Below the pieces are notes generated by a model, which was not told the origin of the DNA, searched no databases, and was given only the letters and a program-made list of their open reading frames with translations. From the human T2T-CHM13v2.0 reference genome, Homo sapiens: 64,000 bases of DNA. Within the stretch, counting starts at the first letter, position 1, and each line of letters starts with the position of its first letter. The DNA is taken from NCBI RefSeq assembly GCF_009914755.1, contig NC_060931.1; one strand, 5' to 3'. A program made the translations under genes and the position numbers. Positions 37,028 through 59,740 of this stretch are shown here, piece by piece.

Positions 37028-37424
37028 TGAGTAGCTGGGATTACAGGAGCGCTCCACCACGCCCGGCTAAGGGCACTTTTACTTTCCTCTGCATCTGGCC
37101 TAGTCACTGGGTGTTGAGCTCGTAGGGGCAGGGACAAGAAGCCTTTTCCTCCTATGTCTTTCTCCCTCCACTTCCCCCTCCAGTTTGGCATCGTCCTCGT
37201 GCCTTGCCGGTGGTAGCAATGCTGCTTACATTTGAGTGTCTTCCGTGCCCCCTCCATGGCTCTTGAGCGCTTTGGATGTACAGTATTTTTCTTATTTAAT
37301 CTTTGTGACAAGTCTGTAATTCTATTCTATAGAGCGGAACAAGTCTAGAGAAGTTGGAGAGTTCTGTACTCTTGCTTGCCTAGCACATGAACCTGGCCAG
37401 TGTGACTCAACCCCTAAGCCGAGG

Positions 37425-37607
37425 TTGTGAAACCACCGCGCCTGGGCGTCCCCGGGAGAGCTGGCATGTGCGGACTCTGCTTGCTGGGCCCTACCTCCCA
37501 GGCTGATTCTGCAGGTCTGGGGAGTTGCCCCACAATTTGCATTTCGATTAGCTCCCCAGGTGGTGTTGATGGTGGCTGCTTCCCGGACAGCCCTTTGAGA
37601 ACCATTC
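37425..37607 (+). mobile_element. MER5A-type hAT-Charlie MITE
   Basis: CTGATTCTGCAGGTCTGGGG...AATTTGCATTTC...CCCAGGTGGTGTTGATG...CTTTGAGAACCA. Confidence 0.75.
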
Positions 37608-38782
37608 ACAATGGTGCAAAATGAAGGGAGAGAAATTTATTGGAGATATTTGCTTTTTCTTACTTTAAAATTAGATCTTGGCCGGGTGCGGTGGCTCACA
37701 CCTGTAATCCCAGCACTTTGGGAGGCCGAGGGAGGTGGAACACCTGAAGTCAGGAGTTGGAGACCAGCCTGCCGACATGGCGAAACCCCGTCTGTACTAA
37801 AAATACAAAAATTAGCCGGGTGTGGTGGCGTGCGTACGTAGTTTCAGCTACTTGGGGAGGCTGAGGCAGGGGGATCTCTTGAACCCAGGAGGTGGAGGTT
37901 GCAGTGAGATGAGATCTCACCACTGCACTCCAGCCTGGGCGACAGAGCGAGACTGTGTCTCAAAAAAAATAAAAATAAAATAGATGTTAAAGAATGAAAA
38001 ATAATTCGGACGACTGACGGTAGATTGCTCAGAAAACTGGCTGAGAGTTGAGAATTCCTGTTAGCCATGATTAGAAAAGTTAAAAGTTTCATAAGTCTCC
38101 AGTTTAAAAAGGGGCCATGGATTTAAGTGTGGAATAAAATGGGAAATCTTTGGAAGTTTGGCTTTTTTCCCACTCTGATTTATTTATTAATTTAGTCGCA
38201 GCACGGGCATTTGTTACATTATCCTCTTCAGATGCCCAAAGTCTGCCACACCACCACACAGAAGGTTTGAGTGATAGGACCACAGCTTGTAGTTTTGGCC
38301 CTTGGAGGTAGGGGGGTTGGGGAGCATTGTGTGCTGAGTCTCCTCTGCCACATGCCCCTCCAGCGATTCAGCTTACTCAAATATGACTACAGAGACTGAC
38401 ATTAAAATGTAGGCTTTGGGGGTTCTTTTTGCGGGACGGGGTTGGGGGCAATTCTTGCTGAGAAAGATTTTTAGGTTTTTTCTTTCTTTTTTTTTTTTTT
38501 TTTTTGATGGAGTTTCACTCTGTCGCCCAGGCTGGAGTGCAATGGCACAATCAGCTCACTGCAACTTACGCCCCCCCAGGGTCAAGTGATTCTCCTGCCT
38601 CAGCCTCCGGAGTAGCTGGGATCATAGGCATGCGCCACCATGCCTGGCTAACTTTGTATTTTTAGTAGAGACGGGGTTTCTGCATGTTGGTCAGGCTGGT
38701 CTCGAACTCCTGACCTCAGGTGATCCGCCTGCCTTGGCCTCCTTAAGTGCTGGGATTACAGGCGTGAGCCACTGCACCTGGA

Positions 38783-38814
<32 letters not shown>

Positions 38815-39521
38815 GAGACACAGTCTTGCTCTATCGCCCAGGCGGGAGTGTAGGTGCGTGGTCTCGGCTCACTGCTACCTCTGCCTCCTGGGTTGAAGTG
38901 ATTCTCCTGACTGAGCCTCCTGAGTAGCTGGGATTACAAGCACGCACCACCACGCCTGGCTAATTTTTTGTATTTTTAGTAGACACGGGGTTTCATCATG
39001 CTGGCCAGGCTTGTCTCCAACTCCTGACCTTGTGATCTGCCCGCCTAGGCCTCCCAAAGTGTTGGGCTTACAGGCGCCCTGTGATTTTTAGGTTTTTAAA
39101 ATTATAATGGATTTCTTTCCGGGGAAAATAACCGCAGATAGGTGGGAGGAATGGTTTTAGTTTACAGTTGATGACCCCCCTCCTTTCCCCACCTACACCC
39201 TTAGGCGAGTTGTACACACTCCTCAGGGGATCCCAACTTCCATGGCCACTGTCCTATGTTCTGGCATTTTCGATGACCCATAGGTGGACAGGTTGTTATC
39301 ATCTAAAGGAGCTGAACACTGAACAATTACTAAACACTTAACCTTTTCTGTTATTACTGGTTACCAGCTATTTGCATTGCATTTCACCTAATTCATTTCT
39401 ACTGTTGTTTCATTCTTTGTTGATGACATGAATGTTTTATATAAACATGAGTTTTTGCAATATGCTTCATAACTGGGGTGGTATAATTAACACGAAATTG
39501 TTTTACCACTGGCTTAAATAG

Positions 39522-39871
<350 letters not shown>

Positions 39872-40064
39872 TGAGTGAAGGTTATTCATTGTTAATAACT
39901 GAAAGAAAGTAGAAAATACACCTAATCAGTTGCTTATTCTAATTGTAGAGTTGAGATACTTGGGAATCAGTAGGCTTAAGCTGGCAGCATAGCTCTATGA
40001 AGACTCATACTCGGTTAACTAAAGTGTATTGGGGCTACCTACCTGGGGGAGCAAAACGCCTTAG

Positions 40065-40406
<342 letters not shown>

Positions 40407-40650
40407 TAAAAATTGTGTGGGTACGTCATCGGAAGAGGTGAAGGTATTGTCTTGATAATTCTTCATTCTCCATTCTTGCCCTGTCGTCCTTTACTGTTGT
40501 CCTTTTGTTCTGGAACTCTCCCTGCTGTCTTCCTGTTTGTTTTCTCCTCTGTAAAATTCTTGTTTTGGTATTCCATGCCTGTTTCTGGCAGTACTCATTT
40601 GCTTTTTACCACTTTGGCCTACTGAGAAAGTAAGAGAAAGTTCAGTATAG

Positions 40651-41042
<392 letters not shown>

Positions 41043-41094
41043 TAAAAAATATATCATGAGAGGGAAGACAAATTTATAAATTGAGAGAGGGTTT

Positions 41095-41950
<856 letters not shown>

Positions 41951-42048
41951 AAGTACTATTATAAAGACTTTTGGGAAATTGAGGAAGCGAAAATTTTACT
42001 AGTAATATCGACTATGACGTTAATCTCCAAGAACTCTGGAGAATATGA

Positions 42049-42444
<396 letters not shown>

Positions 42445-43022
42445 TGAGAATGTATGCTTTATATGTTGTTCATTTTAATTTGTTATATCTAGAAATTTAG
42501 CTCTTACTGTTGACTATAACACATACATGACGTGAGTAGAATTTTATCTAGATTGAGTTTTCAGACCGTAATTGGTTTCAAGAAAATAAATAAGGTATTG
42601 GAAGTGAACTAAAATTAGTAACTGGCTTTGGCATTAGACTTTAATGCACTTAAATTACATGATCTCATCTGTGAGATAATTTGACAGAGGAGGACGATGG
42701 CATGTATTATGTCCATATGAGGAAAGGGCAGAGAAATAGACCCTGCAAGATTCATTAGTGTTACTCCTTCCTCCTGTTCGTTTTCTTTCTTCGTTTTCCC
42801 CCCCGGTAAGCATTAAAAAAAATTTTTTTTGGCTGGGTGTGGTGGCTCACTCCTGTACTCCCAGCACTTTGGGAGGCCATGACTCACTTGAGGTCAGGAG
42901 TTTGAGACCAGCCTGGCCAACATGGTGAAACCCCGTCTCTACTAAAAATACAAAAAATTGGCCGGGCACGGTGGCTCACACCTGTAATCCCAGCACTTTG
43001 GGAGTCCAAGGCGGGTGGATCA

Positions 43023-43744
<722 letters not shown>

Positions 43745-43957
43745 TTAAATTGTGGTAACATATACTTAACACAAAAATTACCATTTTAACCTTTTTTTGT
43801 GGGGGGAGGGACGGGATGTCACTCTGTTGCCCAGGCTGGAGTGCAGTGGTATGCTTTTGGCTCACTGTAACCTTCGTGTCCTAGGGTCAAGACATCCTCC
43901 CACCTCAGTCTCCCGAGTAGCTGGGACTACAGGTGCATGCCACCACGTCTGGCTTGA

Positions 43958-44342
<385 letters not shown>

Positions 44343-44606
44343 TGATCCACTTGCCTCGGCCTCCCAAAGTGCTGGGATTACAGGCGTGAGCCACCGCGCC
44401 CAGTCTTAACCATTTTTAAGTGTATGTATAGTTCAGTGGTGCAGAACTTTTTTTTTTTTTTTTTTTTTTTTGAGACAGGGTCTTGCTCTGTTGCCCAGGC
44501 TGGAATGTAGGATATTATCAAGTTCATCTGTGTGTTAGAATCTCCTTCTTATTTAATCCTTCTTGTGGTTTTTGGAGTCTTTGTTTTGTAGCATGGCAAA
44601 GCCCAT

Positions 44607-44631
44607 TGTGTGTGTGTGTGTGTGTGTGTGT
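44607..44631. repeat. (TG)n microsatellite
   Basis: Read directly. Confidence 0.95.
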
Positions 44632-44803
44632 ATGTAAGAAGTATATATAATTATATTATGGTGTACTTGGAGAAGTGGAGCATGATGAAGAGTTTGATCC
44701 ATAATATAACTGGTTATATAGAACCCTGTTTAGCAGACAGAGCCTAGGAAGTTTTCTGATTGTATAGGTTCTATGCTTTTGAGAATTCCTGCTTGTGTTT
44801 TGA

Positions 44804-45067
<264 letters not shown>

Positions 45068-45494
45068 TGAACTCCTGACCTCGTGATCCACCTGCCTTGG
45101 CCTCCCAGAGTGCTGAAATTACATATGTGAGCCACCGTGCCTGGCTAAGAAGGGATCGTTTAAATTTTTAAAAATACATTAATTTATTTTTATAGAGACA
45201 GGATCTCGCTGTGTTGCCCAGGCTGGTCTCAAACTCCTGGGCTCAAGTGATCCTCCCACCTCAGTCTCCCAAAGTGCTGGGATTCAGGTGTAAGCCACCA
45301 CGCCCGGCCCAAAAGAAGGGATCTTTTATCATGTCGGGAACAGTAACTATTCATTTATTCAACATACTGATGGGCTCATCCTATGAGGCCTCAGAACACA
45401 GCATGTTTCTTGGAAAATACTGGCATGGGCAAATGACATTGTTGAGAGCTTCAGGATAAAGAATCTTTTAGTTTAGTTTGTATATCCAGACTAG

Positions 45495-45686
<192 letters not shown>

Positions 45687-46846
45687 TAGAGAACGAGGTT
45701 TCATCATGTTGGCCAGGCTGGTCTCAAACTCCTGACCTGAAGTGATCCGCCCGCCTAGGCCTCCCAAACTGTTGGGATTACAGGCGTGAACCATCGCTCC
45801 CAGCTGGAAGGTGACTTTTTTTTTTTTTGAGACAGTGTCTCCCTCTGTTGCCCAGGCTGGAGTGCAGTGGCACGATCTCGGCTCACTGAAACCTCCGCCT
45901 CCTGTTCAAGCTCTTCTCGTGCCTCAGCTTCCTGAGTAGCTGGGACTACAGGTGCACGCCACCATGCCCAGCAATTTTTGTATTATTAGTAGAGACGGGG
46001 TTTCACCATATTGGCCAGGCTGGTCTCAAATTCCTGACTTTGTGATCCACTCACTTCGACCTCCCAAAGTGCGGGGATTACAGGTGTGAGCCACCGTGTC
46101 CGGCCAAGGTGACTTTTTAAAGTTAAATTTTAAAACGATCTTTGAGGAGTAAATTTGACATAAGCAGGTGTTCATGCACAAATGCCTTAAAAGGTACACA
46201 TACTTCATTTCAAAGCAGTTATTTATTTTGACACTTGTCTCATTAATTTTCCTGCTCTCTCAGAAAATAGGTTATTTTATTTAGCCGTGATAATTAATGC
46301 AGTTTGTTGGGAAATAAGCTATTTTCAATTTACCAGGCTTGGATTTGGTGAGTTTTTATGTAAATTAATAGATATATGTACATATATTTTTAAAATAACT
46401 ATTTTAGTGAAGTTTAAATTATAAATGCTTGCTCATTCACTGAATGCTTTTGTGATGCACTTTATTAAGAATTGACATGCATTCTGATAACAACTTTGTA
46501 AGGTAAGTATGCAGACTGTTGTCATTTTCCAGACTAGTAAATTTGGGATTAAAGAATCCCAGGGTCACCTGTAAGATTTGAGACAGGACTTGAATTCAGA
46601 ACTTTTGCCTGATTGCAAAGCTCACCTTCCTAATAGCTTTGCTCTGTTGCCTGCCTTCTGTGAACAGTGCTTTTAAAAAAGTAAAGATTGTCGGGTGTGG
46701 GTGGCTCACGCCTGTAATCCCAGCACTTTGGGAGGCCGAGGTGGGTGGATCATCTGAGGTCAGGAGTTTGAGACCATCCTGGCCAACATGGTAAAACCCC
46801 GTCTCTACTAAAAATACAAAAAATTAGCCAGGTGTGGTGGCATCTA

Positions 46847-47026
<180 letters not shown>

Positions 47027-47342
47027 TTAGATAATAGCTACTTGATTTTCATTTTCTCTTCCAAATGGTTTTTCCAAAATCCAACTGAGTTTTAAATTTG
47101 GAGTCATGTCAAAGGGACACATTCTTTGTGTATTGGCAGAGTAAGCTGCTGCTGTTTAAAAATCTGGACTATCAATTTAAAAGTATAATTAATACATATG
47201 CAAAAATGGTGTCTTAAACTGTGGTGCAAGGAAAATAGGTCTTTCCGAATAGCTGGTAAGATTTTTCCTTGTTTGTTTTTTAAGGATGTTGTTTTGGCTA
47301 CTGTGAAACTCAGAACTCAGAGCTGAACTTGTGATCCACTGA

Positions 47343-47816
<474 letters not shown>

Positions 47817-49118
47817 TAAATCGTTTCAAATCTTAACCCTTCAAATTTATTTTATTTTTTCTTGAGGGATATTTGTTATTTATTGATGTAAGTGCCAGCT
47901 TTATTTCAGCAGATAGAAATTAACAATTTTGTATCTTAAAATGTCAGCATACGCCCCTAGAAAAATTTCACAGCCGGCTGGCCATGGTGTCTCACGCCTG
48001 TAATCTGAGTACTTTGAAAGGCCACGGTGGGAGGACTGCTTGAGCACGGGAGTTTGACACCAGCCTGGGCAACATAGTGAGACCCTGTCTCTACCAAAAA
48101 ATCAAAAAAATTAGCCGGGTGTGGTGGTGCATTCCTGTAGTCTCAGCTACTAAGAAGGATGAGGTGGGAGGATTGCTTGAGCCCAGGAGGTTGAGGCTAC
48201 AATGAGCCATGTCCCTGCCACTGCATTCCAGCCTGGGTGACAGAGCAAGACCCTGTCTCAAAAAAAAAAATTCAAACCCTTGATTTAAAAATCAATCCTG
48301 ATCAAAGATTTGGCCTAGGGATTTCTTATTTTATTTGGAAGTACTTGCCATTCATATATATGTATGAGTTATATATATTCATATATATATGAGTTAAAAA
48401 TTAAAGTCAAATGAACTAAAATGAGTTCTTTGGCTCTATTTCTTATCTGCTGAAGTGTATATGTTAATATACATTAATATAAATCGTGATAGTTTATATC
48501 CTGTTATTAAATATTTGTAAAACAGAACCTCTGGCCGGGCACGATGGCTCTCGCCAGTAATCCCAGCACTTCGGGAGGCTGAGGCGTGCAGATATTGCCT
48601 GGGCTCAGGAGTTTGAGACCAGCCTGGGCAACATGGTGAAACCCCGTCTCTACTAAAATTACAAAAATTAGCCAGGAGTGATGGTGCACCCCTGTAATCC
48701 CAGCTACTCGGGAGCTGAGGCAGCAGAATCACTTGGACCCGGAAAGCAGAGTTTCCAGTGAGCCAGGATCGTGCCACTGTACTCCGGCCTGGGCAACAGA
48801 GTGAGACTCTGTCTCAAGAAAAACAAACAAACAAACAAAAAAAAACACAGAGCCTGTGAATTGCTGACCTAATTTATTTTCCTTGGGAAAATACCTAGTA
48901 AGCCTATGGAGATAAACTCTTAGAATTGAAGTATTGTTCATTATAAGCAAGGCATACAGAAGTCCTGCCTATTCCAGGTCTAGTGTAGTCTCTGGAGAAC
49001 TTATCTTTTCTAAGATACTATGTACAGTAAACAGGAAGCTCTCTGTTGGAGGATATGTCAGAGCTGGAGATTGGACTAGAATACTGAAGACAATATCGAC
49101 AACAATGACATTTTTTGA

Positions 49119-49341
<223 letters not shown>

Positions 49342-49444
49342 TAGCCAGGATGGTCTCCATTTCCTGACCTCATGATCTGCCCGCCTTGGCCTCCCAAAGT
49401 GCTGGGATTACAGGCCTGAGCCACTGCCCCGAGCTGAGTTTACT

Positions 49445-49625
49445 GTTTTAAGTGCTACCTGCATTAACATCTTTAATCCTCATAGCAATCCTGAGATGTG
49501 AGGTAGGCACTATTATGATCCCATTTTAAAGTTGAGAAAAATGAGGTTAACTAATCTGAAAAATATAGTAAGGGACAGTGTTAATATAAAACTAGGCAGC
49601 CAGACAACTCCTGCTCTTAACTGCT
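49445..49625 (-). mobile_element. MIR
   Basis: TTTAATCCTCATAGCAATCCT...GAGGTAGGCACTATTATGATCCCATTTTA...GAGAAAAATGAGG. Confidence 0.7.
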
Positions 49626-49938
49626 ATGTGGTTTTTGGATTTGTTTGTTTGTTTGTTTTTGTTTTGTCTGAGATGGAGTTTCTCTCTTGTTGCCCAGGCT
49701 AGAGTGCAATGGTGTGATCTGACCTCAGCTCACTGCAACCTCTGCCCCTCAGGTTCAAGCAATTCTCCTGTCTCAGCCTCCCGAGTAGCTGGAATTACAG
49801 GCATGCGCAGCCATGCCTGGCTAATTTTGTATTTTTAGTAGAGACAAGGTTTCTCTGTTAGTCAGGCTGGTCTCGAACTCCTGACCTCAGGTGATTGCCT
49901 CACCTCGCCCTCCCAAAGTGTTGAGATTACAGGGATGA

Positions 49939-50235
<297 letters not shown>

Positions 50236-50644
50236 TGAGCCACCGCGCCTGGCATAAAACTATTTTTAAAAGAAGAAAAATAGCTACAAAATTTAAAAAG
50301 CAGGTAAAATGTACAACTAATATAAACCAGCTAGTGATCTATGACTTTTTTTTTTTTTTTTTTTTAACAGGGTCTTGTTCTGTCTCCCAAGCTGGAGTGC
50401 AGTGGTGTGGTCATAGGTCACTGCAGCGTCGAACTCCTAGGCTCAAGTGATCCTCTTGCCTCAGGCTCCTGAGTAGCTGGGACAACAGGCGTGTACCACA
50501 CCTGGATACTTTTTAAATTTTTGGTAGAGAAGGGATCTCACTCTATTGCCAAGCTGGTGTCGAACTCTTGGTCTTAAGCAGCCCTCCCACGTCAGCATCC
50601 CAAAGTGTTGGGATTTCAGAGGTGAGCCACGGCGCCCAGTCTGA

Positions 50645-51700
<1,056 letters not shown>

Positions 51701-52069
51701 TTAAAAGAATGAATATTTTTAAAAGAAGAAAAGTAGCTATGAACTAGTATTTTGTGGTACAATACTTTGGCAAAATGAAAATATCTCCTTTTAGTATTGA
51801 GGAATCCTATTTCTTTGAGAGGCTGTTTTTTTTGGGGGGGGCAGAAGGTCAGTTCATAGACTTAAATACCATTATAGTTGTTGTCTAAGCCCTTGAAAAC
51901 TTAATGTTTTTCTAAAGTTTAAATTTGTAGATAATGGAATTTGAAAAATATTTAAAATCGGATTAAATTTTACAGTGTATAGTGTGGTTTGAAAGAGAAT
52001 GGGGGGCTGGGCGCAGTGGCTCACACCTGTAATCCCAGCACTTGGGAGGCCGAGGTGGGCAGATCACTA

Positions 52070-52419
<350 letters not shown>

Positions 52420-53204
52420 TTATCAGCTGTTCTTAGGTTATAAAAAGATCCATTTTGTAAATTGTGTCAAGCAGATGTCGACCATTTATAATAAACTTAT
52501 CAAGATATGAAGTTAATTTCTTTGCTGTCATTCGAAAGACAAACTGATAGGGTCAGCAAACTACCTTAAACATGTTCTCATTAAAACAAAAATTAAAAAC
52601 ACAGCTCCTATAGCCAGACGTGGTGGCAGATGCCTGTAGTCCCAGCTAATTGGGAGACTGAGGTAGGAGGATCCTTTGAGCCCAGGAGTTTGCAGCCATC
52701 TTGGGCAACATAGTGAGACCCTTATCTGAAAAACAAACAAACAAACAAACCAAAACCCTAGCAAAGCACATTTTCTATAGAAGCTACTCAGTGGACATAA
52801 TTAAAACAAATGGTAGTATCTTGAAAAAATTAAGACATTTAGTGTGAACCACATGTCTAGAAAAAAAAATTAAATAGAAAACATTAAGATATTTACAAAG
52901 TCTGTGTTTACAATCTGAACTGATTATATTAAATGTATACTGACATTTTAGGGATGAATAAATTTCCTTCTGAAAAACAGATTTTAGTTTTGGCTTTTAG
53001 TACTTAATAATTATAGGGAGAACATGGAAATATTAAATACCAACAATTTGGCTGGGCATGATGGCTCATGCCTGTAATCCCAGCACTTTAGGAGGCTGAG
53101 GCGGGCAAATCACTTGAGGTCAGGAGTTCAAGACCAGCCTGGCCAACATGGGGAAACCCTGTCTCTACTAAAAATACAAAAAAAGCTAGCTGGGTGTGGT
53201 GTCA

Positions 53205-53480
<276 letters not shown>

Positions 53481-53837
53481 CTAAAGTCAGCTGATTGAAC
53501 TACTAGTATTAGATCTTTTGGATTTATTTTAAGCACTATTTTAGGACAAAATATCTAACATTTTACTTGATGAATTTTAACTTTTTCTTACCACTCATTG
53601 TTTTGAAGAAATTACTTTGTAAAAGTTTGAGATGTCACTAATTTTTCCCTTGGCATTAAGCGATACATGAATTCATTTTATTCTTCTGACTGAGGATGTT
53701 TCTGTTAGTGTATACATTCAAGAATATGATGATGCCATTAGTCATTTAATTTTGTTGAAACTTGGCTTTAGTGGCTGTTAATAAAATGAATTGGTTGGCC
53801 AGGTGTGGCACTTTGGGAGGCTGAGGCGGGCAGATCA

Positions 53838-54129
<292 letters not shown>

Positions 54130-54283
54130 TCAAAGAATGAAGACAGCTGGAAAGCTGGAAGACACCAGAAAACCAAGAAAGAGAGAACTTCCCTGAAATA
54201 CTGGCCAAGGCAGAAGTGCATCCACCAGTACTGCAGACTCACCGCTGTAGTCCATTTTTTGGAATAGGGGGACAAAAACTTAG

Positions 54284-54513
<230 letters not shown>

Positions 54514-55030
54514 TAACTCAAGCCTGTTGAATAATTACAGAATTGAATACCATTACCTGTCTTAAATACTGTCTTCCAGGGACAATATCCTAGTGGCAAT
54601 TATTTTAGCTAATTTTGAAGGTTTTTCTCAGTTTTTATTCATCTAAGCATCTAGGGGTTTAGTGATTATTGTCTGAATGCAAAACATTGAGTTAAGAAAG
54701 ATACTGATTTTTGCAGTCTTGAGTTTATCTCGCCTTCCTTAAGTAAAGGTGCAGTGTAGATCTTCATTGCTTATTACAAGTAAAAATAGTAGCCTGTAGA
54801 AATTTGTGCAGAAGAAAATAAAATAATGGGCCTGGTGTTTCTCATCAGTTTAAATCCATTTCACCTTCGTTGAGACTGAGTCTTCAGTCTTTTAGGTGGC
54901 GAGTCAAGGTTTTACTAATTTAAACTATTGTCTAAATTCAGGGCTGTCTTTCATTGTTAAAGGAGATAGTTTGCCTGACAGTACCTGGAAGCAGTGTTTT
55001 GTGACATAAGTAATGTGTTCACCTAGATAA

Positions 55031-55326
<296 letters not shown>

Positions 55327-55366
55327 TGAGCCACCGCGCCCAGCTATATTTTTAAAAATTTTTTAA

Positions 55367-55588
<222 letters not shown>

Positions 55589-56210
55589 TGATCCACCTGA
55601 CTTGACCTCCCAAAATGCTGGGATTACAGGCGTGAGCCGCTGCCATATTTTCCATTTATTTTTTTTTTAACCAAATGCCTTATTTTCTTAGAATGTGACT
55701 GATGCTGATACAGAAAGTTCAGTGTCCACTATCATCTTTGCTTTCTAATGAAAAGGATATTATACTTTGCTTCAGTCAGTTCGTTTATGATGAGTGGCAG
55801 TTAATTCTCTGCTGAAAGACTGTGTAGTATTATAGTTGCAATCACTGTCTAATTATTTACCTTGTGTTGATTATGTTTTTAAAACCTGCCATTCTTTGAT
55901 TGTTATTATGCATTAAAAAGGCAGTTTGGTCTTGAACTCTAGACCTCAAGCGATCCTCCTACCTTGGCCTCCCAAAATGCTGAGATTACAGGTGTGAGCC
56001 ACCACACCTGGCTGTAAAGAGGCAATTTGGAATTTAGAGAGGGATTCTAGTCCCTTGTTAAAGAACTAACTCTAGGCTGTGCACAGTGGCTCTCGCCTGT
56101 AATCCCAGCCCTTTCGGAGGCCGAGGCAGGCAGATTTCCTGAGGTCAGGAGTTCAAGACCAGCCTGGCCAACGTGGTGAAACCCCATTTTTACTAAAAAT
56201 AGAAAAATTA

Positions 56211-56495
<285 letters not shown>

Positions 56496-57328
56496 AACAT
56501 GAAAAAGAAATAGGGCATGAATGTAATTTAAATAAAAGAGTGTTCTAGCACCTGCCCACTTGCCAGTCTGACTGGAACCTTGTTTTGAAGCAGAAATGTA
56601 TTGAAAGTTCAGAAGTATCTCAGAGAACAGCATCATAAAAAATATTAAGAACCTCAGTTTTTATGAGGGTAATGATAAGGTTTGTAAAAATCTTCAAGCG
56701 CGTTCTTCCTTTCACTCACTATAAAATATTTTTTTTTGTCTGGGTGCAGTGGCTTATGCTTTTAATCCTAGCACTTTGGTAGACTGAGGCGGGAGGATCA
56801 TTTGATCTCAGGAGTTCGAGACCAGCCTGCGCAACATAGTGAGACCCGATCTCTACTAAAAATACAAAAAATTAGCCGGGCGTGGTGCTGCAAGTCTGTA
56901 GTCCCAGCTAGTAGGGATGCTGAGGTGGGAAGATCGCTTGAACACAGGAGGTGGAGGCTTCAGTTAGCAGTGATGGTGCCACTGTACTCGTCCAGGCAAC
57001 AGAGTGAGACTTTGTCTCATAAAACCCAAAACCAAATGTTGTTGTGTGCTGTTTGGTATTAACAGCAAGGAATCAGATAATTAAAGCAGAAGTACAGACA
57101 AAAAGAAAATTTTATGGAATTAGTTATTGGCTTATTTTGAGGAAGAATGGATCAGAACAGCAAGGACACGGATAAATCTAATACCTGAAATGGATCTCCA
57201 ACAGGAAACTCGAGGATTTCAAACAATGGCTAGAGTCTTGTTTTCAGAGATAAAGAAGGCATCACATATACAGTAGCCAACCAGAATCGGAGATAAACAA
57301 TGAAATAGCAACAGGCCAATTGAGTTCA

Positions 57329-58494
<1,166 letters not shown>

Positions 58495-58949
58495 AAATTG
58501 TTCTTGAGAATAAAGGATATGGAAGGTATGGTTCCCAGAGTTGGTGAGGTTAGTTATTCTTACTGAAAACAACCAACACTGTTGTAAAATTATAAAACAA
58601 AACTTTTGTGAAAACACCAGAAAGTTGAAAAGTAGAGAAAATTTGAAGGGCTGGGTTATGGGAACTCAATTGACAGAAGTGAGAATTACTCTTGTCCTGA
58701 AGGCAAACATTTCACCACTTGACCTTGAGTTTTAAAAGCTTTGTGGGGTGAGAGACTCAGAATAGTCTGCATCCTTACTTGTGGCCTGGGTTAACTTCTA
58801 CTGGGTGGGCCAAGGAACCAAGTCTCGAACTTGGATTAGAGTGATTCTAGGCAGGTGTTGTCTCTTGACACCTGGAGGAAGCTGCCTTCACCCTAGGCTT
58901 AAGATTATAAGTAATTTTTTCACGTAAAATAACTAACTCACTAAGATAA

Positions 58950-59740
58950 TTAGGCATAGAAGGGAATAAGAACCATGCATAAGGGTAAGAACCACTGGGA
59001 ACAACAGAAATAGTCCTGCAAAAACTTGAGATTTGGAATTATCAGAGACTATAAAATAACTGCCCCATTACCAAAGAAATATGACAATCTTGAAATTCCT
59101 TAGAGAGTAGGAAACTATAAAATATGACTTAGCAGTAACTAGAAATCATAGAAATGAAAATTACAAACAAAATTAAAAACCGGATAGGTGTTTTAACAAC
59201 AGAATAAAAAGATGAAGAAGGAGTTAGTGAAATGGAAGGTAAGCCAGAAGAAATAATTGTTTAGTATGGAGAAGAAAACGTAAAAAAAGGTAAGAAGCTA
59301 AAAGGATAAAGTGATGACTAACATACATTAATGTGAGTCCCAGTAGGATAGGAGATAGAGAATGGGGCAGAATCTAAAGAGACAATAGCTTAGAGTTTTC
59401 CACATCGAAGGATACCATTTCATAGTTAAGCCCATGAATGACAGACATATGTTTAATAAAAATAAAATCTACACCTAGAATACACAGTGAAACTGTAGAA
59501 AACATCTTAGACAAAGAAAACCTCTTAAAAACAGCAGGAGTAGGAATGGGAATCACCTAAAAAGAGACCGTAGATTACTTCTCAATAGCGACAGTGGAAG
59601 CCAAAATATAATGACACCAACAGATAATGAAATAACCTTAGTGTGCTGAAAGAATATAATTGTCAACCTAGGTTTCTATTCCAGCGAAAATACCTTTCAA
59701 GAAAAATTTTTTAGCAAACAAAAACAGTTTGTCACCAGAG
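58950..59740 (+). mobile_element. Old L1M ORF1 region remnant
   Basis: AATAAAATCTACACCTAGA...ACAAAGAAAACCTCTTAAAAACAGC...GTGGAAGCCA...GTGCTGAAAGAA...TGTCAACCTAG...TATTCCAGCGAAAATACCTTTCAA are typical L1 ORF1 motifs. Confidence 0.75.
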